Virus record (IMG/VR): IMGVR_UViG_3300046691_000240
Direction: 5' to 3' (one strand)
Source of the DNA: an uncultured virus (IMG/VR IMGVR_UViG_3300046691_000240)
Lineage: Duplodnaviria; Heunggongvirae; Uroviricota; Caudoviricetes
Length of the DNA: 64,000 nucleotides
The notes below the pieces were generated by a model. That model had not been told where the DNA came from. It saw only the letters and a list, made by a program, of their open reading frames with translations, and searched no databases. This document shows, one piece after another, positions 17,692 through 26,503 of the stretch (within the stretch, counting starts at the first letter, position 1; each line of letters begins with the position of its first letter). Both the position numbers and the translations under genes were made by a program.

Positions 17692-18129
17692 ATGAGTGAT
17701 TACATCGCAACATCCATCGGTAGGAGTGGCTTCGCCACCCTCGCCGTGTTCGACCCCGAAGGGGACTTCGCCTACACCGTGGGCTTCACCGACTGCGGGC
17801 ACCCTGAAATCCTGATCTCCGGGCTGAAAGGGGATATTTGCCACCGGTTGTTCTGGGATATGTATCGGGAGATCAAGGCGGGCAAGCGCTACGACACGGG
17901 CGCCGTGGACACCGATCTGGCCACGCTGCCCACGGTGTTCCGCCCCCTGCGGGACGACGCGGCCAAGGAATTCTGCTGTCAGGCGCTGTTCTGGTACGAA
18001 GACAAGCCGGTGCAGCCGACGTTCCTGCAATTGGTCATGCCCGATCCGGCCGGGTTGTTCCCGTGGCAGGCGGGCTACGACCGCCACGCGATGCGGGCCC
18101 AGCGGCATTTGTGGGGGGAGTTGCACTGA
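17692..18129 (+). CDS. DUF4262-like protein
   Basis: FAYTVGF..GHPEILISGL..LQLVMPDPAGLFPW. Confidence 0.75.
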   Translation: MSDYIATSIGRSGFATLAVFDPEGDFAYTVGFTDCGHPEILISGLKGDICHRLFWDMYREIKAGKRYDTGAVDTDLATLPTVFRPLRDDAAKEFCCQALFWYEDKPVQPTFLQLVMPDPAGLFPWQAGYDRHAMRAQRHLWGELH

Positions 18130-18186
18130 TTTTTGAAAGTCTCGTCTAGACTTAAACCATTCCCTATTATAACCAGGTGATATGAA

Positions 18187-18570
18187 ATGGCTAAGTTTGC
18201 CCACGCTGACGTGCTTGACCAAGGCCCCAACTTCATCAAGTCCAACTGCAACAAGATTGCGGTGGTCAGCGCCTACACCTTTGGCGACTCCTACGCCACG
18301 GTGAACGCCGTCATCCTCGCCGAAGCTACCATGGCCTCCGGGGATTTCACCTTGGCCACCGCCACCAACGACCGCACCCTGACCACCGCCAGCGGCAAGT
18401 CAGATTCCAGCGCCAACGCGACGGGTGCGGCCAGCCACTTGGTCTTCCTCGACACCACGAACAGCAAGGTGCTGTGGGTGACGGAGGAAACGTCTGGACA
18501 AACCATCACCTCGGGCAACCCGGTGAACTTCCCTAGTCTGGTCTACACCGCCAAGCAACCAACGGCCTAA
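18187..18570 (+). CDS. Small beta-rich virion/fibre protein A
   Basis: T/S/A-rich 127 aa; first gene of the fibre module. Confidence 0.65.
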   Translation: MAKFAHADVLDQGPNFIKSNCNKIAVVSAYTFGDSYATVNAVILAEATMASGDFTLATATNDRTLTTASGKSDSSANATGAASHLVFLDTTNSKVLWVTEETSGQTITSGNPVNFPSLVYTAKQPTA

Positions 18571-18587
18571 CTTGAGGGGAGCTTGCT

Positions 18588-19016
18588 ATGAGCAAGGGTG
18601 ACGTTTACGAGAACGACCTGTTGAAGCTGATCTTCAACGCCACGGCCATTGCCAACGTCGCGGACAACGCGGCATCCAGCCCGATCACCAGCCTGTACGT
18701 GAGCCTGCACACCGCCGACCCCGGCGAGGCGGGCACGCAATCCACGAGTGAGATCAGTTACACCGGCTACGCCCGAGTGGCCGTCGCGCGCACGACTGGC
18801 GGCTGGACCGTGACCACCAACAGCGTGTCGCCGGTGGCCAACATCGACTTCGGCGCCTGTACCGCAGGCTCCGGCACGGCGACCTACTTCGGCGTGGGTA
18901 CGCTCACGTCGGGTACCGGCAAGCTGCTGTACAGCGGCGCGATCTCCCCGTCCATCGCGGTGTCCAGCGGCGTGACCCCGCGCCTGACCACGGCCAGTAC
19001 CGTCACGGAAGACTGA
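18588..19016 (+). CDS. Small beta-rich fibre protein B
   Basis: LYVSLHTADPGE..EISYTGYARVAV..GKLLYSGAI, recalled phage fibre-subunit family. Confidence 0.75.
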   Translation: MSKGDVYENDLLKLIFNATAIANVADNAASSPITSLYVSLHTADPGEAGTQSTSEISYTGYARVAVARTTGGWTVTTNSVSPVANIDFGACTAGSGTATYFGVGTLTSGTGKLLYSGAISPSIAVSSGVTPRLTTASTVTED

Positions 19017-19038
19017 TCTTCGGACTGAGGCCAATGCC

Positions 19039-19293
19039 ATGGCGCTTGATACCAGCAGCCTCACCCCCACCTGCGACTACTTCGTGTGGATCGAGGAAAA
19101 GCGCGAGGGCTACGTGCGCTATGTCAACCTCGCCGGGCGGCGCTGGGAGGTGTATGGCGTTTGCGACCAGCGCGGCGATTGCTGGGAAGGGGCCGTCGGC
19201 CCCCCACCAGAGCTGGATTGTCCGGTGACCCCTGAGTTCACCGGCTGCTGCCCCTTCACCTACGTGGAGTTGTCCCCTGCGGAGGTTGACTGA
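19039..19293 (+). CDS. Small Cys-rich protein (possible fibre assembly factor)
   Basis: CDQRGDC..DCPV..GCCPF; TGATG coupling to the repeat protein. Confidence 0.6.
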   Translation: MALDTSSLTPTCDYFVWIEEKREGYVRYVNLAGRRWEVYGVCDQRGDCWEGAVGPPPELDCPVTPEFTGCCPFTYVELSPAEVD

Positions 19294-22187
19294 TGGCAAG
19301 GAAGTTCTACTTACACAACGCCGCTAACGCCCTGAGCGGTTCGTTCCCGACTGCGGAACAGAACCCCTTCTGGACCGCCGACTTCACCGCGACCGGCGCC
19401 AACACCCTGCGCAAGATGGACACCACCATCGGCACGGCGCAGGCCAGCATCGCTGGCGCCTCGTCGGCTACCACCAACCTTCAGAGGGGTTTCTACGGCC
19501 ACTGGTGTTCGCCGCCGCTGGCGGCGCAGACGATCGCTAACACCAACGCCCTCTGGTACAACATCGCCAACGCCGAATCGAACTTGTCGATGAACTTCGG
19601 CTGGCTGTCCTACAGCTACTACATCTGGCGTCCCTCGGGGGGGTTCGTCGTGGGCGCGCTGGTCGGGGCCAGTGGTCCCACCACCGCCAGCCAGGAACCC
19701 AGCGCGGCCAGTTCGGAGCGGGTCAACAATGGCCAGTCGCATGATTTGGTGGAGGTGGTCTGTCAGGATGGCGACGTGCTCATCGTCGAGATGTGGTACG
19801 AATTCACGCAGCAGATGGGCACGAGCTACACCGGTACCCTGTACTTCGACGGCACCACCGAGAACACCACTAAGGACGCGGTGGTCAGCAACCACGCCTC
19901 CTACATCGAATTTAACAACGACATCGCGATGCTGGGGTCTGGCAGCGTCGGCAGTGCGGCAGGGACCAGTACCGCGAGCGGCACCGGGCAGGCCACCAGT
20001 GCCAGTACCGCCACGGCGGCGGGCACCTCCACGCCAACCGCCACAGGCCGCGCTGTCACTGCCAGTACCGCCACGGCGGCGGGCACCTCCACGCCAACCG
20101 CCACAGGCACCGGCCTGCTGAGCAGCACGGCGTCCGCCGTGGGCACCGCGACGGCAGCCGCCACCGGAAGATCAACCAACGCCAGCAGCGCCACGGCGGC
20201 GGGCACTTCTGTGCCCGCCGCCACCGGGGCCAGTACGGCGAACAGTACCGCCACGGCGGCGGGTGTCGCGGCAGCCACAGGCACCGGCAGGGCCACCGCA
20301 GCCAGTACCGCCACGGCGGCAGGGACATCCACACCGGCGGGGGTTGCCACAGCCATCGCCGCATCGACGGCCACGAGTGCCGCAGCAGCGACAGCCGCCG
20401 CCACGGGGGCCTCTGCGCACACCCTGACCGGGAACGCGGCCAAGACCACGCCGAGTACCAGCACTGGCGCGATCACTTCGGCCCACACCTTGGCGGGCAA
20501 CAACGTCAAGACCACGCCGAGCACTGCCACGGGGGCGATCACTTCGGCCCACACCTTGGCGGGCAACAACGTCAAGACCACGCCGAGCACTGCCACGGGG
20601 GCGGTCACCGAAACGCACACCCTGACCGGGAATGCGGCCAAGACCACGCCGATTACCAGCACTGGCGCGGTCACCTCGGCCCACACCTTGGCGGGCAATG
20701 CCTGTAAGACGACGCCGAGGACTACCGCAGGCGCCGTCAGCAGCGCCCACACCTTGGCGGGCACAGCCTGCAAGACCACGCCGAGCACCAGCACCGGCGC
20801 GATCACCTCGGCCCACACCCTGACCGGCACAGCCTGCAAGACCACGCCGAGCACCAGCTCCGGCGCCGTCACTTCGGCTCACACCTTGGCGGGCACAGCC
20901 TGCAAGACCACGCCGAGCACCAGCTCCGGCGCCGTCACCTCGGCCCACACCCTAGCGGGCACAGCCTGCAAGACCACGCCGAGCACCAGCACCGGCGCCG
21001 TCAGCAGTGCCCACACGCTGGCAGGCAACAACGCCAAGACCACGCCGAGCAGCAGCGCAGGGGTGATCACCTCGGCCCACACCCTGACCGGCACTGCCTG
21101 CAAAACCACGCCGAGCACCAGCACGGGCGCCGTCAGCAGCAGCCACACCCTGACGGGTAACGCTGTCGTCCAGGTGAACGAGGCGAACACCGGCAACGTA
21201 GGTTCTGCGGGCACCCTGCTTGGCAACTCGGTCAAGACCCAGGCCACCAGTAGTTCAGGGGCGATCACTTCGGCGCACGCGCTGACGGGGAACGCGGCGA
21301 AGACCACGCCGAGCAGCAGCGCCGGTGCTGTCAGCCAGACGCACAAGCTGCTCGGCAACTTTGCCAAGACCACGCCGAGCAGCAGCGCCGGGGCCGTCAG
21401 CCAGACGCACAGCGTCACAGGCAACGCGGCCAAGACCACGCCTGCCAGCACCTCGGCGGCGGTCATCCAGACCCAGACGGCCACTGGCAACAACTGCAAG
21501 ACCACGCCAAGCAGCAGCGTCGGGGCGATCACCTCGGCGCACAGCGTCACCGGGAACGCGGCGAAGACCACACCTGCCAGTACCTCGGCGGCGATCAGCC
21601 AGACCCAGACAGTCGCTGGCAACAACAGCAAGACCACGCCAAGCAGCAGCGCCGGGGCGGTCAGCCAGACGCACCAGCTGCTGGGTAATGCCTGCACGCA
21701 GGGGAACGCGACCACCTCGGCGAGCGTTACCCTGGCGCTGGACCTGCACGGCAACCCTTGCCAGCAACCCAACACCTGCACCAGCGGGCTGGTCATCCAG
21801 TTCCACCGGGTCACCGGCGACCCGTGCAACAGCCCGGCGACCAGCAGCACTGGCGCGGTCGTGGTGTCGGGCGGGCTGCACGGCTCCCACTGCCGTCAGG
21901 CCACCAGCAGCAGCAGCGGGGCGATTGGCCAGGAACACCAGTTGGCGGCAAGCGGGGTGGTGCTGGCGATCATCAGCAGCAGCGGCGCGATCTACGAAGC
22001 GCTCGACAGCTACACCGTGGAACGCACCATGCAACTCAAGGCGCGGGACCGGCAAGCCGATCTCGCCCACAGCTCGCGCACCAACCAGGTGGTCTCCGAG
22101 GACAAAGCGGTAGAACGGACACTCGACCTTGCCTACAGCACGCGCGCCACGCTGGTGGCCGCTGATCAAAGGATGAACAACATATGA
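19293..22187 (+). CDS. Long repeat fibre/scaffold protein (964 aa)
   Basis: 214-aa N-domain, 8 x 20-aa repeats, 24 x 22-aa repeats, 62-aa C-terminal tail. Confidence 0.8.
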   Translation: MARKFYLHNAANALSGSFPTAEQNPFWTADFTATGANTLRKMDTTIGTAQASIAGASSATTNLQRGFYGHWCSPPLAAQTIANTNALWYNIANAESNLSMNFGWLSYSYYIWRPSGGFVVGALVGASGPTTASQEPSAASSERVNNGQSHDLVEVVCQDGDVLIVEMWYEFTQQMGTSYTGTLYFDGTTENTTKDAVVSNHASYIEFNNDIAMLGSGSVGSAAGTSTASGTGQATSASTATAAGTSTPTATGRAVTASTATAAGTSTPTATGTGLLSSTASAVGTATAAATGRSTNASSATAAGTSVPAATGASTANSTATAAGVAAATGTGRATAASTATAAGTSTPAGVATAIAASTATSAAAATAAATGASAHTLTGNAAKTTPSTSTGAITSAHTLAGNNVKTTPSTATGAITSAHTLAGNNVKTTPSTATGAVTETHTLTGNAAKTTPITSTGAVTSAHTLAGNACKTTPRTTAGAVSSAHTLAGTACKTTPSTSTGAITSAHTLTGTACKTTPSTSSGAVTSAHTLAGTACKTTPSTSSGAVTSAHTLAGTACKTTPSTSTGAVSSAHTLAGNNAKTTPSSSAGVITSAHTLTGTACKTTPSTSTGAVSSSHTLTGNAVVQVNEANTGNVGSAGTLLGNSVKTQATSSSGAITSAHALTGNAAKTTPSSSAGAVSQTHKLLGNFAKTTPSSSAGAVSQTHSVTGNAAKTTPASTSAAVIQTQTATGNNCKTTPSSSVGAITSAHSVTGNAAKTTPASTSAAISQTQTVAGNNSKTTPSSSAGAVSQTHQLLGNACTQGNATTSASVTLALDLHGNPCQQPNTCTSGLVIQFHRVTGDPCNSPATSSTGAVVVSGGLHGSHCRQATSSSSGAIGQEHQLAASGVVLAIISSSGAIYEALDSYTVERTMQLKARDRQADLAHSSRTNQVVSEDKAVERTLDLAYSTRATLVAADQRMNNI
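19935..20414 (+). repeat. 8 x 60-bp coding tandem repeat
   Basis: Unit approx. xxASTATAAGTSTPxATGxA. Confidence 0.85.
20415..21998 (+). repeat. 24 x 66-bp coding tandem repeat
   Basis: Unit approx. AHTLxGxACKTTPSTSxGAxTS. Confidence 0.9.
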
Positions 22188-22516
22188 GCTTTCGGACCAA
22201 CCCCGACGGCCGCTGGGTGATTGATCACAGCCCCAGCGCCAAACTGGATTACTCGTTCAACTGGGGTGAAAAGCCCGACGGCAGCGCGCCGTGGCTCGAC
22301 GCCGCCAACAGCGAGACCATCGCCAACAGTGTCTGGACCGCCTCGCCGGGGATCACCCTGAGCCAGCCGCAGGTGTTGAACGGCAAGGTAACGATTGTCT
22401 TCGCAGCGGGTGGGGAAGACGGTAAGGTTTATGCGCTGACGAATACGATCACCACCACAGCGGGGCGCATCGACAGCCGGACCATCAACCTGGTCTGCCG
22501 CCCAAGAGATCGCTGA
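22184..22516 (+). CDS. Phage fibre adaptor-like protein
   Basis: SPSAKLDYSFNW..TIANSVW..GGEDGKVYALTNTITT..GRIDSRTI. Confidence 0.7.
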   Translation: MSFRTNPDGRWVIDHSPSAKLDYSFNWGEKPDGSAPWLDAANSETIANSVWTASPGITLSQPQVLNGKVTIVFAAGGEDGKVYALTNTITTTAGRIDSRTINLVCRPRDR

Positions 22517-22544
22517 GAACAACACCCCACAAAAAGGATGGCCC

Positions 22545-22733
22545 ATGAGCCAGTACGCTACAGATATGGAGTCGCAGAAATTCACCGACGCACAGAACCG
22601 CATGATCCTCGAATCCCCCTTGCCGAATCCGGTGCTGGCTGAGCGCCTTGGGGTGAACAAGCGCTCCATCCAGCGGCAACGGGCCCTGCTGAAGAAACGA
22701 CTGGCCGCCGAGGTTGCCCCGGATGGCCAGTAA
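22545..22733 (+). CDS. Small HTH protein
   Basis: AAGGA RBS; NPVLAERLGVNKRSIQRQR. Confidence 0.65.
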   Translation: MSQYATDMESQKFTDAQNRMILESPLPNPVLAERLGVNKRSIQRQRALLKKRLAAEVAPDGQ

Positions 22734-22980
22734 GTACAGCAAGCGGTGCTTCAGCTCAGTGGATGCGGTGCTCTGCCTAGTGCTCGCCGCGCGCATCCAC
22801 CGCAACGATGACGCGGTACGCGCCACCGCCAAGCGCCTGTTGAAGGTCATCCCGAAGGCGGACTGCCCCGGGGTCCGGCGTTTCATCACCGCCAAGGCCC
22901 CGATGGAAACCGCCGAAAAGCTGTTGAACTTCTGGTTTGAGGTGCACGAAACACCCGGAGTAGACACCCCGCAGGCCTGA
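22723..22980 (+). CDS. Hypothetical protein
   Basis: GAGG RBS; overlaps the HTH gene. Confidence 0.6.
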   Translation: MASKYSKRCFSSVDAVLCLVLAARIHRNDDAVRATAKRLLKVIPKADCPGVRRFITAKAPMETAEKLLNFWFEVHETPGVDTPQA

Positions 22981-23118
22981 CCCGCCGGAGGAAAACAAGC
23001 AATCTGACATCGCTTTTGGGAACCACGGCTATCGTTAAATAATGGCCCAGTCGACTAGGTACATAGGGGCCACAGGACATACCAATAACGAGCAGCTTGA
23101 TCTGCCAGGAGCTTTACC

Positions 23119-23652
23119 ATGTTCATGGATCACCCCGGTATTGACGCCCTCATTCCTGTCGCCCTGTTCTTCCCCACCAAAACCTCACCAGTGCAGCCCC
23201 TTCGGGTCCGCCAACTGCGCCGCAAGCTGGCGTGTGGCACCGAAATTCTGGCTGTGGCAGTCGAGGCGATCCACCGGGATCACACGTACAGCATCGTGAC
23301 CCAGCCGGGCTTTGAAGGCGGGGGACGGGATGCGGATGGCTCAATGTTGCCGAGGACGGTGACCCTGGACTACACGCCCAAGATCCTGAATTCCGAAAGC
23401 AACGTGATGGAACCGGTGTGGCCGCCGCTGTTGCCGACCATGCGCCTGGTCAACGGGAAGCTGTACGAGGGCTGGCAGTTCCCCGAAACCGCATTGACCC
23501 GCCGCCTCGAACGCGCCGTCGCGGCAGCCGAACCGCTCCTGCGTCAACTGTGCAACCTGCAGCAGTCCAAGTTGGTTAAGGGCCGCCGCAAGCAGGTGTC
23601 CACCACGGTCCTGATGGACCGCATCAACGCCATTCTCGCCGCCGCTGTGTAA
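23119..23652 (+). CDS. Hypothetical protein
   Basis: AGGAG RBS. Confidence 0.7.
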   Translation: MFMDHPGIDALIPVALFFPTKTSPVQPLRVRQLRRKLACGTEILAVAVEAIHRDHTYSIVTQPGFEGGGRDADGSMLPRTVTLDYTPKILNSESNVMEPVWPPLLPTMRLVNGKLYEGWQFPETALTRRLERAVAAAEPLLRQLCNLQQSKLVKGRRKQVSTTVLMDRINAILAAAV

Positions 23653-23662
23653 GGGGACCGCC

Positions 23663-23875
23663 ATGGATAGTTTCATGTGGCTGTGCTGGCGGGTGTGCGT
23701 GTGGTTTGAAGGCCTGTGGGAGCGGGGCGAGCACGCCTACCTAGTGACGATGGAAACGCCCAAGGGGCACCGCTGGCAGGTGCCGATCCGGGCCTGCGGC
23801 TACGAATCCGCCCGGGTGTTGGTCGCTGAGCAATTCCCGGGCGACCAAGTCGTCGATGTTCAAGTGCAGAGCTGA
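23663..23875 (+). CDS. Hypothetical protein
   Basis: AAGGGG RBS. Confidence 0.6.
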   Translation: MDSFMWLCWRVCVWFEGLWERGEHAYLVTMETPKGHRWQVPIRACGYESARVLVAEQFPGDQVVDVQVQS

Positions 23876-23879
23876 CTGA

Positions 23880-24998
23880 ATGACCGCCTACTACAACGAG
23901 ATCGACCCCTACGCGGCGCAATGGCTGAGAAATCTGATCGAAGCCGGGCTAATCGCACCAGGGATAGTCGACGAAAGGAGTATCGAAGATGTCCGCCCAA
24001 GTGACCTGTTCGGGTTCACGCAGTGCCATTTCTTTGCCGGACTTGGCGGCTGGTCCTATGCCCTTCGAGCCGCTGGATGGCCTGATGACCGGGCTGTTTG
24101 GACTGGATCTTGTCCGTGTCAGCCTTTCTCCGCGGCAGGCGCTGGAGCGGGGTTTGAGGACCCAAGACACCTCTGGCCAAGTTTTGCCTGGCTCATCGAG
24201 CAGTCAAAGCCTGCAATCATCTTTGGAGAGCAGGTTGCGAGCAAGGCTGTCGACGCTTGGGTCGACCTTGTACACGCTAACCTGGAAGCCCTGGATTACG
24301 CCTTTGGGGCCACTCCGTTCCCGTCTGCGGGGGTCGGCGCGCCGCACATCCGCGACCGACTGTACTGGGTGGCCTACGCCAACTGCCAGCCTAGCCGACA
24401 AGGGCGTGCGGACTACCGAGGGGGGGATTCGAGAAGCTATGCGCAATCACGGGCCGGACTTGGCGGCGGTGGCGTGCCTGACGGGGTGGCCCACGCCCAA
24501 AACCACGGACACGAACGGGCCGGGGGATTCGGCCAATCGGCAGGGTGGGATGGCACTGCACACCTGCTCGCAATTGGCCGGGTGGCCGACGCCGATGGCC
24601 GGGACCCCGGCGCAGAACGGCAACAATGCGGCGGGGAACAACGACTCCAGCCGCAAGACGGTGGAGGTTGTGGCCTACCACCTGAGCGGCTGGACCACCC
24701 CGACCACCCGGGACCACAAGGACACGCCGGGGATGGTGGCCACACGGGACGGGAAGGAACGGAACGACCAGCTCCCGAGGCAGGCGTACCTGTGCACCCC
24801 GGCCCGGTTAACGGCTTCTGGCGAGATGCTGACTGGCTCGGCTGCCGAGATGGAAAGTGGCGGCCAGTTGAGGCCGGAACATTCCCGCTGGCTCATGGGA
24901 TACCCCGCCGAGTGGGACGTCTACGCGGCTACGGCAACGCCGTCAACGCGCAAGCCGCGCAAGTCTTTATCGAAGCCGTCCTAGAAGCCGTGGCCTAA
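23880..24998 (+). CDS. C5-cytosine DNA methyltransferase, alpha-type chain
   Basis: FFAGLGG (I), GSCPCQPFS (IV), GEQV (VI), HIRDR (VIII), GYGNAV (X); motif IX not found in this frame. Confidence 0.9.
   Translation: MTAYYNEIDPYAAQWLRNLIEAGLIAPGIVDERSIEDVRPSDLFGFTQCHFFAGLGGWSYALRAAGWPDDRAVWTGSCPCQPFSAAGAGAGFEDPRHLWPSFAWLIEQSKPAIIFGEQVASKAVDAWVDLVHANLEALDYAFGATPFPSAGVGAPHIRDRLYWVAYANCQPSRQGRADYRGGDSRSYAQSRAGLGGGGVPDGVAHAQNHGHERAGGFGQSAGWDGTAHLLAIGRVADADGRDPGAERQQCGGEQRLQPQDGGGCGLPPERLDHPDHPGPQGHAGDGGHTGREGTERPAPEAGVPVHPGPVNGFWRDADWLGCRDGKWRPVEAGTFPLAHGIPRRVGRLRGYGNAVNAQAAQVFIEAVLEAVA
23989..24984 (+). CDS. Overlapping +1-frame methyltransferase beta-type chain
   Basis: AAGGAG 8 nt before ATG23989; four W(P/T)TP repeats; C-terminal motif IX-like QLRPEHSRWLMGYPAEW. 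Confidence 0.75.
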   Translation: MSAQVTCSGSRSAISLPDLAAGPMPFEPLDGLMTGLFGLDLVRVSLSPRQALERGLRTQDTSGQVLPGSSSSQSLQSSLESRLRARLSTLGSTLYTLTWKPWITPLGPLRSRLRGSARRTSATDCTGWPTPTASLADKGVRTTEGGIREAMRNHGPDLAAVACLTGWPTPKTTDTNGPGDSANRQGGMALHTCSQLAGWPTPMAGTPAQNGNNAAGNNDSSRKTVEVVAYHLSGWTTPTTRDHKDTPGMVATRDGKERNDQLPRQAYLCTPARLTASGEMLTGSAAEMESGGQLRPEHSRWLMGYPAEWDVYAATATPSTRKPRKSLSKPS

Positions 24999-25015
24999 GC
25001 CACCGAGGGGGCAAC

Positions 25016-25291
25016 ATGCCAAACCATGCCTTGACCGCGCAGATCCTCGCGACCTGCCGCGATGCCCGCAAGACCGGGCAGTTTGTCGACATCGACTTCA
25101 TGTTGCCCTCGGTGCTGTACTACCGCGACGACGGTACCGAGTTCCACTTTAGTGAGCAGGGCGCGCAGAACTTGTTCGAGCACTACCGCGAGATCGCCGA
25201 GCTGACGAGCCTGCCCCTGCGGGATGTCCTGCTGTGGGCTGCGCAGAGTTGGGACCTAAGTGGAGACTCTTTGACCGTAGTGGTTTCTTAG
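25016..25291 (+). CDS. Hypothetical protein
   Basis: GAGGGGG RBS. Confidence 0.65.
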   Translation: MPNHALTAQILATCRDARKTGQFVDIDFMLPSVLYYRDDGTEFHFSEQGAQNLFEHYREIAELTSLPLRDVLLWAAQSWDLSGDSLTVVVS

Positions 25292-25407
25292 GTTTCAGAC
25301 GAGGTGATAGCAGAGCGACATAATCTACTTGAATTTATTAGATATTCTTGGCAACGTACCCAGCACAACCACAACATAAACCAACACACAAAACTAGAGG
25401 CCAACGA

Positions 25408-26022
25408 ATGGCTTTGCATACCGGTTCAGGATTTTCAAAACTCGCACGGACAGAGAGTCAAATCCACGCAATTCTAGCGACGATAATCGAAGTAGCAGTC
25501 CCCAAGCACCAGCCATTCGTATCCAAAAAGAAAGAAGCTAAGCGACGACGTTTGGAGCAGGAAGAAGCTCTCGCTCTGCTCAGAAACTCGTCACTTGACG
25601 ACATAGAATTCGTACCATTCCAGATTGAACAACCGACTGAAGCCTCCCTCAACAAGATTGAGATGGACGAGCTTGAGAACCAGATGCGCCTTGCATTAGG
25701 CATCGGTGAAGTAACCCTAAGCGCAACAGCTCCCGTTGCCGCCAAGTCAAAACCCGTAGTGCCTAGCCCCGACATTCTCTTTATCCAACCTGCGCCGAAA
25801 GCCACGCCCAGGAAGGAAGTTCACTTTGCCAAGCGCACGCTTGAAGTGCTCCTGCAAGTGCTGCGCACCGACGGCACCGCAGTCCCGTTCTACCACCAAG
25901 ATGATTGCGTCAGCCACCTCACGGCAGAGATCAATGCTGCCAAGAAGGCCCGTAAATACGGGCTGCAAGTGCTGCACACCATCAGCGTCACCTGTGTTCA
26001 CAAAGACTTCGACCGCGCATAA
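25408..26022 (+). CDS. Hypothetical protein (lower GC)
   Basis: GAGG RBS before ATG25408; AT-rich upstream region. Confidence 0.65.
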   Translation: MALHTGSGFSKLARTESQIHAILATIIEVAVPKHQPFVSKKKEAKRRRLEQEEALALLRNSSLDDIEFVPFQIEQPTEASLNKIEMDELENQMRLALGIGEVTLSATAPVAAKSKPVVPSPDILFIQPAPKATPRKEVHFAKRTLEVLLQVLRTDGTAVPFYHQDDCVSHLTAEINAAKKARKYGLQVLHTISVTCVHKDFDRA

Positions 26023-26055
26023 GGCGCGGCGTTGAAACCACCCCAAGGATGTGTG

Positions 26056-26463
26056 ATGTCTAGAATTGAGCAGTACCGCGAAGCCGAATTAGCGCTGGCC
26101 AAACACGTCGCTGAGGTTGAAGCCCTCAAGAATGATCCGGCGCTGAAAAAGGAGATCGAGTTCGACACCGAGTTGACCAAGCTGCTCAATCAGTTCGGGA
26201 TGACCCGGCCCAAGTTGATCACGTTCCTCGGTGGGGCGGGCGCTCCTGCTGCCGCAGTTGCACCAAAGAAAGTTACCAGCCCGAAAGCTCCCAGCAAGTC
26301 AGGGAAAACACGCAAGACCCGGGAGTTCAAAGACAAGATTTACAAAAACCCGCACACCGGCGAGCTGATCACCGTCAAGCTGGTGACTCACGGTGTGTAC
26401 AAGAGCTGGATCGCGCAGTACGGTAAAGAAGAAGTCGAGTCTTGGCGTCAAAGCGTAAGCTAA
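26056..26463 (+). CDS. MvaT/MvaU-like nucleoid-associated protein
   Basis: LKKEIEF oligomerisation region; YKNPHTGE..W..YG.E.VESW. Confidence 0.85.
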   Translation: MSRIEQYREAELALAKHVAEVEALKNDPALKKEIEFDTELTKLLNQFGMTRPKLITFLGGAGAPAAAVAPKKVTSPKAPSKSGKTRKTREFKDKIYKNPHTGELITVKLVTHGVYKSWIAQYGKEEVESWRQSVS

Positions 26464-26503
26464 AACTTGCGTCCGCCACCCCTTTTTGACCGAGCCGCCT
26501 GCC

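Noticed and set aside
19901..22169. Alternative-frame and antisense ORFs over the repeat gene; CRISPR or DGR repeats
   Set aside because: By-products of in-frame 60/66-bp coding repeats; no reverse transcriptase seen
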